From: Zygnema circumcarinatum SAG 698-1b
Lineage: Eukaryota > Plantae > Zygnematophyceae
Direction of reading: 5' to 3'
DNA length: 64,000 nucleotides
NCBI GenBank assembly: GCA_037447605.1
Contig: CM074807.1
Coordinates: 4,045,004-4,109,003, forward strand
The notes below the pieces were generated by a model. The model ran no database searches, was not told the origin of the DNA, and worked only from the letters and a program-made list of their open reading frames with translations. A program made the translations under genes and the position numbers. Below, piece after piece: positions 12,838-26,000 of the stretch (position 1 is its first letter; each line of letters starts with the position of its first letter).

Positions 12838-14038
12838 GGTCTTTAGGGTTCCATGGATGTGAGAGCCAGCATAGGAGCAGCTGGTATTACGCTGTGAAGT
12901 GAATCTCGGATATGCTCGCATGGAGGGAAGGAGGTGAACTGGGAGTCCCTTTTACTCAGTTCAGGGACCCATCGGTGGGAGTCTGGTTAATCCAGCTGGA
13001 GATGAGAGAGAGACTTTACAAATGTAAGGCATTGAAGGCAGCTGTTGAGACCAACCGGAAATGCAATGGCTGGCGGTATTGCTAAGCGTCGAACCTAAGA
13101 ATTCGATCTTCAAGGGTGAGAGTAGGATCTAAGCTGCTCACTGGGCACTGTTGTAAATGGCAAAAGCGTTTGAACCGCTCTATAGACGGGATTTGGCGGG
13201 TTGTACTTTCGTTGCTTACTCTAGGCTAGGAAGGTGGGGGCTGCTGTTTCTAGCTTTGCGTTTCGCCGTATCTAGATATCCCGGAGATGGATGTAGTAAA
13301 AATTAGGGTACTTTTAGTTTCTGTAGGGGAAAAAGACGAATGGGATAATCCGCAAGGCGAGGCGGGGAGAGGGTGGGAAGAGGGAAGGAGGGAGGCAGGG
13401 AGCGGGGGAGGGAGGGAGGGAGGAGGGAGGGAGGGAGGGAAGTACGCCTGTGAAGGCTGCTCGTACACGATAGGCAGCATCAGGAAGGGTGATTTTTAGT
13501 GTTTTTTTTTCTCCTCCCTTTGTTTTTGTCCTCGAAAAGCTCGTCCTAAGCGGCCTTCCCTTTTGGCAGAGGCAATGGCGCGTTGCCTCGGTACAGGGTT
13601 TGATGGAAGTGAAATGAAATCTAGAAGGCGTAATTTCTTCCGAGGCAGCAACATGCCGTTTGTACCAGTTTATTTGGAAATAACGTAGGCCAAGTGGACC
13701 AATTGAATTGTTATACCATTCTGAATGCAATCACTTTTTGATACCAAAAGGAGGATGGGCTAGAGCGAGATCCATGAACTGGAAATTTCAAAGCTGTCAA
13801 TCTGGGTCTGCCATGTAAGCGGTTTGCCAAATAGCTTACATGTAGACAGACCCACATGGAACCCCAAATACCCAAAAGCCCTAACCGCCCCAACCGCCTC
13901 CATTCAAAGTGAGTAATGGTCAATTACACATGAAAATAGGAACCCACCCATTGAGGAATGACCTTCAGAACTGGGCAGTTTTGGTAAGTACCCCTAGAAT
14001 GAATTCACCAAAATTGAAGGGTATCATCCAATGTCCTT

Positions 14039-14086
14039 CTGCCACGTATTCAAATATGTATACGTGGCGACTCGTGACTGGCAGAT
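14039..14086. promoter_or_regulatory. Inverted ABRE/G-box pair (GCCACGT-N14-ACGTGGC) upstream of OSB
   Basis: GCCACGT at 14041-14047 and ACGTGGC at 14062-14068, about 87 nt before the ATG at 14155. A near-identical arrangement occurs at 22917-22964. Confidence 0.5.
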
Positions 14087-14154
14087 TTCACTTATATTAA
14101 AATTCAGCCTTTCTCATTGTGGAAGGTCTTCAGCGATTCGTGGCAGAAGCAGCC

Positions 14155-16403
14155 ATGGCTGCTCTGAAGCTTCCCCCCCTCTTCCTTCAGTCTCCTTCTT
14201 TCTCTCCTTCAGCAGAGAAAGTAACCCTTCTCTGTAAAGCAGGTGGAGCCCTTTGCCCCTCTCTCCGTGCATCTCTCTCATGTCATCAACCCCTTGTGCT
14301 TTCGTCCTCTACTATCACATCAACGAGCACAGCTTTTGTGAGTTGGAAATTCGTCTCAAGGAGAAAAAAAGGAAGGAATGTGAATTCTATCTCTGCTATG
14401 TATAGGCAGGGCTACGACCAGCAAGTGCTCAATGAAATGGGCGACGAAGAGGGAGAAATACAGACAGTTCAATATGATAGGAGTAAGCAAAACAGAGTTT
14501 CATTAATTGGAATTATTGAAGAGGAGCCGGAAGTTCACTGGGCGGATGACGGCACATGCTGGACAGAGTCTTCTTTGCGCGTTTCAAATCGATCGGGTGA
14601 AGATGATATGTGAGAGCTCAGCACCTGAACTCGTCATTTGCCAGGTTCTTACAAATTGGAACAGGCTCTAGAATATTGGGCATTTAAATGGTCGGGTTTT
14701 GCTGAGGAGCTCCATTGAATGAATGAGTGAAGATTGCTAACCGTTCTAAAATTTGAATTTGCTGAGATGAAGGTGAAGGTTATATGTTAAGCTACGGTTA
14801 TGTTAGAGGCTTCTGTATCATGGTTTGGAGAATTCGGATTCCGCTTTTTACAGTAAGAGAGTATAAAACGGAACTCATGTATGCAGGTTCGTTAAGGCTC
14901 ATTTTCTGTGGAATATAAGGTCTTTATTTCAGCACACCCACTCTCACCACAAAGCATTTCAGTAACATTCTGCTCAGCCATGCAAGCTCCCTTTGTTTTC
15001 TCCTTGTTTTTTCATTTGCCCTAGTTTCTTGTGTCATGGTGTTGTCTAAGCCTGCTAAAAAATGGTGGGAAAATATTGGCACTCTTCATACGCTCATGTT
15101 CAAACTTGATACGAAACATAAGCAGTATCTTGTCATCATCGCATTAATGTGGAGAACAAACTGCGCTGACTTCCTCGCCAATTTTTAAGGCCCTGTTGCT
15201 TATTGTTTGGGATTGTTTTCTGGCAGATATGTTCTCGAGATTGAAGGAAATTCGAATGGAAACGACTCCTTTGCAGAATTAGTCGCTAATAATGTCTTTA
15301 TGGGAGATGAAGTTCTTGTGGAAGGCTCCTTCCAATTCCGACAGCTCCCGCCTGATTCTCGAAGAGAGGAGCGCTGTCCTGTGGTAGGTGTATGCTCCAT
15401 TTTTTACTGACCTATGCGTCCACTTTGCCATTCTCCCTTTCTTTTTTTTTTTTTTTTTTGCTTTTTAAGGCAGTTTGTAATATAAGCCTGTGTGCAACAG
15501 ATCATTGTAGATAAGCTCTTTAAAGTGGAGCGTAAATCATCTCAGAAATCACCACCTCGCAGCCGTCCCTCCCCTAAGGTTGAAGGTGAGGGAGCATTTC
15601 CCAACACCCTCTAACGTCAACCGTCGTCCTCTTGGCAGTTTTCATGGCAGCAGTTCTGAGTCGTATAGTAACTGGTTTTTTCCTTTACTGAGACTGTCAT
15701 ATCCAGACTGAAGCTATTGACAAATGGTGAATGAGGCAGTGATAGTTCATAAAGTTTCGTAATGTTTTGCTGGCATACATTGCAAACTTTTGAATTCATC
15801 GGTATTATATATATCCTTTTTTTTGCTTTGGTTTTTTACTTTGAGGAATGAGTTTGAGTTGTTCCCACGGACCCAAGTGGATCCTCTTGACTTGACTGAT
15901 CAAAGGGAGTGAAATTCCATGCAGTGAATCCAGCTGCTCCAGTTGGTCCTCGGTTCGCCCGTGGGAGCATGGAAGAAGAGTGGAGGAACTTCTTTGAGCA
16001 CCCCGAAGAGTATTGGGACAATCGAAAAAACAAGGTGAGTGCCGTCTTCTCGGCCCTTGGCACCACTCCCTATTCCGCTGAGTAAAGGGAGAGTGGCCGA
16101 GTCACCCCCCACTCCTCCCCCCCCTCTCTCTCCCCATCTATCTATACTGGCTCCCACCCCCCCCCCCCCCCTCCTCTGTCTCTGTCTCTCCTTCTCAGTG
16201 CGTGTTTGCATATTTGTCTGCGTTAGAAGAGCATGCACAGTGACTGGTGATGGGTGAGAATGGCCATGCAGGCTTCGGACCGCTCTCCCGACTTCAAGCA
16301 CAAAACAAGGGCTGTAGCACTTTGGCTTGACTCCAGAGCCCTGCCTTTTTGGGTGCGCGACCGCCTGAATGTCCTCGACAATCGGAGAAACGCTTCAGAC
16401 TGA
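14155..16403 (+). CDS. OSB: Organellar single-stranded DNA-binding protein (OSB/PTAC9 family: SSB-like fold + one PDF motif)
   Basis: Ser-rich transit peptide, then NRVSLIGIIEEEPEV and ELVANNVFMGDEVLVEGSF (OB fold), then WRNFFEHPEEYWDNRKNK / SDRSPDFKHKTRAVALWLDS (PDF motif). TGA at 16401-16403. Confidence 0.85.
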
Positions 16404-16727
16404 CATCTCAAATTGATAGGTGTAGCTCACATAGAAGTACGCACAGTCCTTTTAGACATCATTTTCGTCCTATATCCAATAATTGGATGTAATGCGTCCA
16501 CATGTATAGTTGCGATTCCGCAATCTTAATGCGCTTTACCTCCTGTATGTTGTCCTTTGTTTTGGTTTATAGTTCCGTTTTGCGCCATGTGATGGTCGTC
16601 TCATGTGTGGCAGGCATATGACAAGGCCCAAGGTACACATCTATGATGGAAAGGAGAATCAACATAACCCTTGCCATTGCAGACATGATGATTACATAGC
16701 ATCCATGATGGCTTGCCTTTTTGGATG

Positions 16728-19700
16728 CTAAGCCTCTTTACCAGCCTTAGGGTGCGCAATCCCTTGAAGAATAGTCAAAGCCTCCTTCCGAATCTGTATC
16801 CCATATGCACCTCACAGCCACAACGCTACATATTGGAACCCAATCAAAGACATCCTTCACAAACCATGTTGACCTTATTCAGTTCACCGTCTTACAAACG
16901 CGAATGATGTATTTCTATGTTGAAGACGAGCCTCAGCATAATACAGAGCGGAAGGGCCTAAAGGATGGAGTTTCATTACCCACTCAAGTTGCTGCAAGCC
17001 CCTCGGCTCAGGATTCGAATAAAGCTCCGCCGTTACCTGGAGTCCCCCGTAAAGCTTTATATAAGTATACTGAAAATTCACTTGGCTTTGCTGCACACAT
17101 GATCAATCTCTCAGTAGAGAGACAAACAGAGATCGAGAGAGAGAGAGAGACGGAAGGAAGAGAGAGAGAGGAAGATAGGGGGAGAAGGGGGGAAGTGAGA
17201 AGAATGGGAATTCGTATGCTTTAGTATTGAGGAGAGGTGGCCGAGATGCCACCTTAGTGAGTGAATCCAAGAAGGCGCCGGGCCTCACAGGAAGTTCGTC
17301 CTTTGCCTTCTTTTTCTGATTCCACATACATTCAAAGCAGAGACCCCCCATGGATGAAACTGAGATCAGTCGTCTCATTTTCTCTCTCTCTATCTACTGC
17401 ATAAACTGTAGAAGAGGATAGACTCAGAGCAAAGATTAAGCCTGAAGGCTAGAAGGAAACGAGGAAAGGAAACAGAAAAATAACTAGCTGCTCAGTAATG
17501 CTAAGGTTCCATCCCAGAAGACAGAGGGAAAATGAACCATACCTTGTGCCTCTTCTCTTTTTGCTCTCCCTCTTCCACCTTCATTTCTTCAGCTTCGAGC
17601 TTCACTTCCTCAACTGGGAGATCTTTCCCATCAGCTTCTCCCATAAAAACCTCCGAAATTCGCAAGTGAAGATTTGGACGGCTCATAGCCATCAGGTCAG
17701 CCATCAAATTCACCTGGAAATGAGGGAGAAGAAGCGAGAGGGAGGGAGGGGGGGAGGAAGAGAGAGGGGGTAAGGGAGGGAGGGAGGGGGAGGGAGACAT
17801 AACGTCATGTAGCAGAAAAATGGGACAAGGTCTACACAGCATCCCCAGTTTCAGTCCTATGAAAGACACATATATTATGTTCAACCTTTTGACAGGCCTA
17901 TGTTGTTTGAGATGATGGATGGATTGCCGAACGCTCAAAAAGGAAGGAACGAAGATGGGGATCAATGGGAGACTGGAAAAATGGGAGAGCACGAGAGGGG
18001 GAGATGGACACAAAATGGGGCTGCAAAATGGAGGAAAAAGGACAGGTCGCAAGACGGAAATGAATGGAGAATGTGAGACTAAGTGACATGGAGGGCGACA
18101 AGGGGAAGGTACGGAAAGGGAGAGAAAACACACATGCTTCCGCGGCACATTACGGAACTTCCGTGTATCGTTCCGGGGATCCAAAACTCCACCTGCCATG
18201 AAGCTGCGAGCTTCCTCCCTTACAATTACAAGGCGGGCCAACAGCTGTCTGTCTCGTACACTGCGCTCCTCCTCCATAGCCTACATGGGACGAAGAGAGG
18301 GATGGAAACAGGAGAGAAAGATGAAGAGAGCGGGAGAGAGTCAAAGATAGCCTACATGGGACGAAGAGAGGGATGGAAACAGGAGAGAAAGATGGAGAGA
18401 GCGGGAGAGAGTCAAAGATAGCCTACATGGGACGAAGAGAGGGATGGAAACAGGAGAGAAAGATGGAGAGAGCGGGAGAGAGTCAAAGATAGCCTACATG
18501 GGACGAAGAGAGGGATGGAAACAGGAGAGAAAGAGAGAGCGGGAGAGAGTGGAGAGAGATGGAAACAGGAGAGAAAGATGGAGAGAGCGGGAGAGAGTCA
18601 AAGATAGCCTACATGGGACGAAGAGAGGGATGGAAACAGGAGAGAAAGATGGAGAGAGCGGGAGAGAGTCAAAGATAGCCTACATGGGACGAAGAGAGGG
18701 ATGGAAACAGGAGAGAAAGATGGAGAGAGCGGGAGAGAGTCAAAGATAGCCTACATGGGACGAAGAGAGGGATGGAAACAGGAGAGAAAGATGGAGAGAG
18801 CGGGAGAGAGTCAAAGATAGCCTACATGGGACGAAGAGAGGGATGGAAACAGGAGAGAAAGATGGAGAGAGCGGGAGAGAGTCAAAGATAGCCTACATGG
18901 GACGAAGAGAGGGATGGAAACAGGAGAGAAAGATGGAGAGAGCGGGAGAGAGTCAAAGATAGCCTACATGGGACGAAGAGAGGGATGGAAACAGGAGAGA
19001 AAGATGGAGAGAGCGGGAGAGAGTCAAAGATAGCCTACATGGGACGAAGAGAGGGATGGAAACAGGAGAGAAAGATGGAGAGAGCGGGAGAGAGTCAAAG
19101 ATAGCCTACATGGGACGAAGAGAGGGATGGAAACAGGAGAGAAAGATGGAGAGAGCGGGAGAGAGTCAAAGATAGCCTACATGGGACGAAGAGAGGGATG
19201 GAAACAGGAGAGAAAGATGGAGAGAGCGGGAGAGAGTCAAAGATAGCCTACATGGGACGAAGAGAGGGATGGAAACAGGAGAGAAAGATGGAGAGAGCGG
19301 GAGAGAGTCAAAGATAGCCTACATGGAACGAAGAGAGGGATGGAAACAGGAGAGAAAGATGGAGAGAGCGGGAGAGAGTCAAAGATAGCCTACATGGGAC
19401 GAAGAGAGGGATGGAAACAGGAGAGAAAGATGGAGAGTGCGGGAGAACAGGAGAGGAGAGGGATGGAAACAGGAGAGAAAGATGGAGAGAGCGGGAGAGA
19501 GTCAAAGATAGCCTACATGGGACGAAGAGAGCGGGAGAGAGTCAAAGATAGCCTACATGGGACGAAGAGAGGGATGGAAACAGGAGAGAAAGATGGAGAG
19601 AGCGGGAGAGAGTCAAAGATAGCCTACATGGGACGAAGAGAGGGATGGAAACAGGAGAGAAAGATGGAGAGAGCGGGAGAGAGTCAAAGATAGCCTACAT

Positions 19701-22309
19701 GGGACGAAGAGAGGGATGGAAACAGGAGAGAAAGATGGAGAGAGCGGGAGAGAGTCAAAGATAGCCTACATGGGACGAAGAGAGGGATGGAAACAGGAGA
19801 AGAAGATGGAGAGAGCGGGAGAGAGTCAAAGATAGCCTACATGGGACGAAGAGAGGGATGGAAACAGGAGAAGAAGATGGAGAGAGCGGGAGAGAGTCAA
19901 AGATAGCCTACATGGGACGAAGAGAGGGATGGAAACAGGAGAAGAAGATGGAGAAAGCGGGAGAGAGTCAAAGATAGCCTACATGGGACGACGAGGGATG
20001 GAAACAGGAGTAGAAGATGGAGAGAGCGGGAGAGAGTCAAAGAAATGGAGGAAAAGCAGAAGAAGCAAGTTTCTCATTTCCCTTTGATCCACTTGTCTAC
20101 ATCAAACAAGGATTTTTGTGACTCACCTGAATGAGGTCGTCCGATTGCTGAATTATTTCGTCAAGGCTGCTGCCCGGAACCTCCAAATTTGCGCCCGTCA
20201 CGGTATCAAAAACTCCGCCCCCACAAATTGCGCGTCTCAAAATTTCTTGCCGATTTTTTTTTGAGTCCGTGATTGTCAAAAGGCTCACTACGCGCACCTG
20301 GCCACCATTCTTAAGTCATAAACTCTGCATTTGAATTGAAGGCCCTAAAAACCTGAAACTCAAAGAGTCCTGAAATCCTGAATTTCCTGAAGCCTAGGAA
20401 ATTTTGAAAAGTAAAGGACCATTGACTGGCAGGTAAAAATGGCGAAGACCTTATGAAACTCAAGAAAATTGACACTTGCATGCGTGCGAACCTTTTCACT
20501 TAAAGAAAGATAGGGCAAACGAAGAAACTCTTGTTTTTTTCCGAATTGGCACAACTTGTTTGTCAGAATCACCAACATTAGATTCCACGAGATTAGATTT
20601 TTCTAAAAGGCGCACCTGAGGAGGAAATTGATTTGCCAACTGCGCCAACACCTCTGCCTTTACCGTCTCCAAAATCTCCTTACGCTGCACAAAATTGCAA
20701 GAGGTAAACATCAGCAAAAGAAAACGGAAAGAAGTAAGCAAATGAAACGTCTTAATGTCCTTACCTGCTCATCCTTTTCTGAATCCCTTAGCTCCACGTC
20801 AATAGCCATCAAGAAAGTCCTGTCGAGCCTCTCCAGATGCTTCTTCACTGCCACCTTAACACTGTACAGAAGTGCTTCCTTTTCATCCATGCCGTCGTCC
20901 TCCTGCATCTCCTCCATCTGAAGCCGCACAAATTGTTGAAAGCTTGAATTGAGAGGAGAGAGGACGAAAGAAAGAGAATGGGGAGGAAAAGGGGAGGGGA
21001 AGAGGGCAGGCAGAAGAATAGGAGAGGGAAAGAGGGAGAGGAAGGAATGAGGGAGGATAGGAAAGGAGAGCAGGGCAGGAGGATAGGAGACGAGAGGAAG
21101 GGAGAGGAGAATGGTAAAGGAGGAAAAGGAAGGACCGGAGAGGAAGGAGGTAGGAGAGGAAAGGGAAGCGATAGGAATGAATTTGAAAGGGAAGGGAAAG
21201 GAAAGGGGAAAAGAAAAGGGGAAAGGTAAGAGGGGAGGAAAGAGAGCACATAAATGTTAGGGAATGGAGCAACCAACTATATCACCCAGTTGTTGTAAGC
21301 TTTCTAAGGTTGGAGTTAAAATAACTGGAGCGCTTTCTCCATTTGCAAGTTGATTGATCATAGGTATGATTGCAGAGGATGAATATTGCCAACAAATGAA
21401 AGTTTGAGGTGGTTAAAAAAACAGTCGAGGTGAGTGTTTAAAGGTGTACTAGCACGTTAGGTGTCTGGCATGAGAAGTTGTGACCGATTATGCCAACTCA
21501 TTGCTGTGGATGTGGGAGCTGGCCCCTTGGTGACGCATGTGCCTGTAACACACGGGAATGTGCTCATATAACAATGTTCCATAATTCATGGAGCATTGTT
21601 ATGTTCCTTGTTGTTATGTTCCTCCGAACTGGAAGTGCCCACACACAGATTGTTGAATACAGTACATGACGAAAAGAAGTGGTTTGTTTCAGTACTCCCC
21701 TTCGTGCAGGCCAACACAATAGAAGTGAATGTGTAATATGCGGAAAAGGGGCGGATCATGGCATTAGCGTATGGTCATAAGAAAGAGTAAGGTGTTCGTG
21801 TTTTTTCCCCATTCTCATGTTGGAAATGGACTCACTTTGTCAGCCATGGTTTTGAGAACTTCATTGACATCATCTCTGCCGCGCAAAAAAGCGACAAAAG
21901 GAAGCAGCTCAGGGTGCTCTTCTGCGAGAGACTCCGGAGTCATCTTGCTGGCAGAGCAGCAGCATCCATGCCTGCTCCCTCGCCTCCCTCTCCCCCTCTC
22001 TCTTCTCCCGCTGCTTGGCAATCTCCTCGCGGCTTCAATACTGAACGCTCCAAGCGCATCAAAAAATCCCCTGGAGTTTTTAGCCTCACTAGAACATACG
22101 ACAAAGTGATCATATAGACGAAATCTAGTGAGAATCTCCACTCTGTCATAAGCTTTAGGGCAAAAGTGCGGAGATTTGCAGCTGGTTTTCGGGTAATTGA
22201 TTGGCCTGCCGCTGCTGCAAGCAATCTCACGAACATTAGAAAAGGATAAAGGAAAAAAGTGGCATGAGATACGGTCGGCAGGCAGCCTTGGATAGCTGCA
22301 GGAAGCCAT
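16728..22309 (-). CDS. PRDA1: PEP-related development arrested 1-like chloroplast nucleoid protein
   Basis: Transit peptide followed by exons encoding LLPFVAFLRGRDDVNEVLKTMADK, VKKHLERLDRTFLMAID, EVLAQLANQFPPQ, ILRRAICGGGVF, AMEEERSVRDRQLLARLVIVREEARSFMAGGVLDPRND, LPVRPGAFLDSLTK, QQLEW and IRKEALTILQGIAH. These match my recollection of PRDA1 motifs (DRKLLARL..IREEAR, PVRPGMFLE, QHLEWV). Confidence 0.8.
18281..20043 (-). repeat. 71-bp minisatellite (~24-25 units) filling a PRDA1 intron; each unit is a copy of the 3' splice site
   Basis: The minus-strand unit is GCTATCTTTGACTCTCTCCCGCTCTCTCCATCTTTCTCTCCTGTTTCCATCCCTCTCTTCGTCCCATGTAG. The array abuts the true acceptor (AG at 18282-18281) of the exon starting GCT ATG GAG. 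A few units are truncated or variant. Confidence 0.95.
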
Positions 22310-23074
22310 GGCAGGAGTGATAGGAGACTTATGCAAAGCTTCAGACTTCAAGAGCACCAAGGCTTCCCATGTAATTCAGCGTGCAACATTACGGTCCTGC
22401 AGCTGTGGAAATTTGGTGATACTGAACTGTAAACTGGTTCGCCGTTACATAAATCACAAGTACGGCATAATGGAACAAAAACAGAACGGGCAAACTCTTG
22501 AATACATGTATATGTACGCCATTAATAAGACAAGGTACAGTACGGTCATACATGGCAACGTGGCGCCACGTGTCAATCCAAGCGGGCAATCCGCTCCTCC
22601 AACGGTCCAACCAGTCCCCTACGGGACGGGCCCGATGATCCGGCCACGTGGTAGAAACCCATTGGAGAATACGTTTTTTACACGCTTCTTAAGCTTCGGT
22701 CATTAGTCTGTTTCTGGATCCCGTTTTTGCCCCCCCGCCAATCATATGTGACCATGGGTGGTCCCTGGCTAATCACCGTGCGTCACGTGGTCCGCTTTAT
22801 GTTGGAAATTGCGTTCTGGATATTGACTGACATAGAAATGAAGTGACGTGACAGTCGAACTTGGAGGGCTCGCTTTCCCCTTGGAAACCTTATAGCGAGT
22901 ATTTGCCAATGGTTTACTGCCACGTGTACGTACTTGTACACGTGGCGAGTCATGATTGGAGGTGTTCCACTATGGCTGTCAATGGAAGGAAGGCCCTTTC
23001 TTGAACAGGCCCTGCAACAGCTACTCTTATTTTGAGCCCTTTCAGTGCAAGGCAGCAGGAGAGGAGAGTAAGCC
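22310..23074. promoter_or_regulatory. Divergent PRDA1/KAS I promoter region rich in G-box/ABRE cores
   Basis: ACGTG cores at about 22558, 22567, 22645, 22784, 22921 and 22940. GCCACGTGTAC-GTACTT-GTACACGTGGC palindrome at 22919-22946. TCP-like GGGCCC at 22628 and GTGGTCCC at 22758. Confidence 0.55.
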
Positions 23075-26000
23075 ATGGCTGCCGCCCTTGCAGCTGCCCC
23101 TGCGACAGGGACGCCTTCCCTGCTTCTTGGACAGCGCTGGAAGGCGGGACAGAGCGAGGGGCGGGCAGCTTCGTTATGGCTTCCTCAGAGTTTATCAACC
23201 TCCGCAGGTGCTCAGCTGCAATGTTTACTGTACAGACGTTGGAGCTGGCGCCAGCGCCGCATTTGAATGTTTCATGGTTCGGCTTATATTTTTATGGAGT
23301 GTGAATGCGGCGTGAGGATGCTAGTGATCAATAAAATTCTTGGAGACGCATATTTTGACTGCTTGGTTAGATTTTCTGGCAGAAGGAGCGAAAGGAATGA
23401 AGAGAAGCGTTATCATGTGAACTGCGTTTTCCGTAATCATTAGTACCTCATGTATCCATCCCTCATCAGGTGCTGTTGCCTTAGAGAGTTTTCAGGTGGC
23501 GCCTCAACTGATTCTGGTTGGTTTGTTTCTTCTTACAGTTCCGAAAAGGGCGGGAGGAGCTCTCTGCGCTCAGGCAGCCCTGACAACTTCTGCTCCGAAG
23601 AGAGAAACTGATCCGAAAAAGCGTGTTGTCATTACTGGGATGGGATGTGTCTCCGTTTTTGGCAATGATGTCGACACATTTTATGATAGTCTGCTAGAAG
23701 GAAAGAGCGGAGTCGACATTATTGACCGCTTTGATACTTCGGCTCTTCCCACCAAATTTGCAGCGCAGATTCGAAATTTCTCTAACGACGGACTGATTGA
23801 TGGAAAGAATGATAGAAGAATGGATGACTGTCTTCGATACGCTATAGTGGGAGGAAAGAAAGCTCTGAATCATGCAGGCCTGGATGCAGAGGGATTAAAG
23901 AAGGTGATGGAACTTCTTTTGCAGCTTTATTCACGAAGGCTGCAGTGTGTTTTGTCCATATGTCTGCTTTCTTTATGCTAAGCGAAAGTGAAGTATTGAT
24001 GGCTTTTCATGTTCAAGAGTGTTGATCTGAGTTGAGTTCGGGTTGAGTTTGAGCTCATAAAGCTTTGAGTTTCTAAGTTTGTCTTTCTTAGTTTTTTCTT
24101 TCTACATAAAAGTTCTTTCCCTTTTTTACTTGCTCTTTCCAGTCAGTACAGTTGTCCGCCTTAGCCCCATTGAAATGTACACTTGAATGGGATCTATGAT
24201 ATTTGAATGGCTCAATCCTTAATCTTGAGGGCAAGGATTTAGGCAGATGCCCCAATAGAGTACCAAGAAAAGGAAAGCTTTCTTATAATTAAAAAAAAAG
24301 AAAAAAGAGAATCTTGTTGACATGTGAATGCTTGAATACTGTTAATTCAGTCTATTCTTGAAGTCTTGTCTAAATGTCGAGAACTTTCCTTGTAAATTAT
24401 AATTCAAGTGTTGTTGAGAGTTTCCCGCGGCGTCAGACTCTCCCTTCGCATGATTTGCTTCCTGCAGATGTTGTCGGAAGTTTCTGTTTTAATTTGTTAT
24501 TGAACACTTTGTTTGACTGATTAATGCGTTTCTCGTGCAGGTTGACAAGGAGAAAATTGGAGTGCTCATTGGTTCAGGAATGGGTGGAATCACCATTTTT
24601 GCAGACGGAGTGCAGAATCTCCTTGAGAAAGGTTATAAGCGAGTTAGCCCTTTCTTTATTCCATACGCAATTACAAACATGGGCAGTGCTCTTCTAGCAA
24701 TTGAGCTCGGCCTTATGGGACCCAGCTACTCTATCTCCACAGCCTGTGCTACTTCAAATTACTGCTTTTATGCTGCAGCTAATCACATTCGCAGGTGAAT
24801 GCTTACTCACTCTCGCAAGTATCGGCTCAATTTTGTTTGATTTGAGTCACCTTTCACTTGTTCTCATGATGCTGAAATAGGGAGAACTACCAACTGGGAA
24901 GGAGGAGATTGGCAGATGTTTCAAATCCGTGGACGTTGCACAAGCATTATTTAGGGTGGAAGTTAGTACCGTGTAGCGCTGTTTTCAGGAATCTTTTGGC
25001 CTACGTGGCACGGTCGTAATCATCCAAACGAAACAGTTTTGTAGGAAACCTGTGACATAATGGCTATTAGCATTTCACCTGTAAGGAGATTGTCCGCAGA
25101 TACAGGCCTCCGAGACGGCTTTGGGCAATGATAAATGACTAGAGAGACTTAAGAGCATTATTTGTTGAAGTAAGGGGTCCAACATGAATCAGCTTTCAGC
25201 ATTTTTTTGCAAAAATATCTAAGATACTGAAAACAATTATAGCAGTCAGGATGTTTTTACAGCATCCCAGCTGTCTTGAAGACCTTGAAAAAGTGGTTAA
25301 CTTCCCTAAACTCCATGTATCCTAAAAGCTCTGAAAGTAAACTCATGTTGGTGCTATGTGCTAATATGTAGGGGTGAAGCGGATATCATTGTCGCTGGAG
25401 GGACGGAGGCCGCAATTATACCTATTGGACTGGGTGGCTTCATTGCCTGTCGAGCACTCTCAACCAGAAATGACGATCCCAAGACTGCTTCTCGGCCCTG
25501 GGACAAGGAGAGAGAAGGGTTCGTCATGGGTGAAGGAGCTGGGGTCTTGGTATGTTTCCTCTCTCTTTCCCATACTCTCTGTCTCTCCCTTTTTCCCCCT
25601 CCTGCTCCCGCCTCTCTCTCCCCCCTCCCCGTCTCCCACCTATAATCTACGTTTCCCCCCCCCCTCTCTCTCTCTCCTCCTCTCTCTCTCCCTCTGCTCG
25701 TCATGCTTGTTAGCTAAAGCAACTTGATTCAACATCACCTGAACAGAACTTGAACGTCGTAATTTCCAAAGGGCTCAAAATGCGTATCCTATGCGCAGAA
25801 AGTATTCATTTTTTGAGTTCCTTTCGTTGTTTTGCAGGTTATGGAGAGTTTGGAAAGCGCACAGCGTCGAGGGGTCCCCATCATTGCGGAGTATTTGGGA
25901 GGAGCTATCACAAGTGACGCTCATCATATGACAGACCCGCGGCCAGATGGGTATGGGGTTTCCACATGCATCAGACGCTCATTGCAAGATGGCGGCGTCT

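Noticed and set aside
18281-20043. 71-bp array (and the 13-bp array at 35831) as CRISPR, or as repeat-protein ORFs
   Set aside because: Units are contiguous with no unique spacers, there are no cas genes, and the context is a eukaryotic intron. A unit length not divisible by 3 introduces stops.
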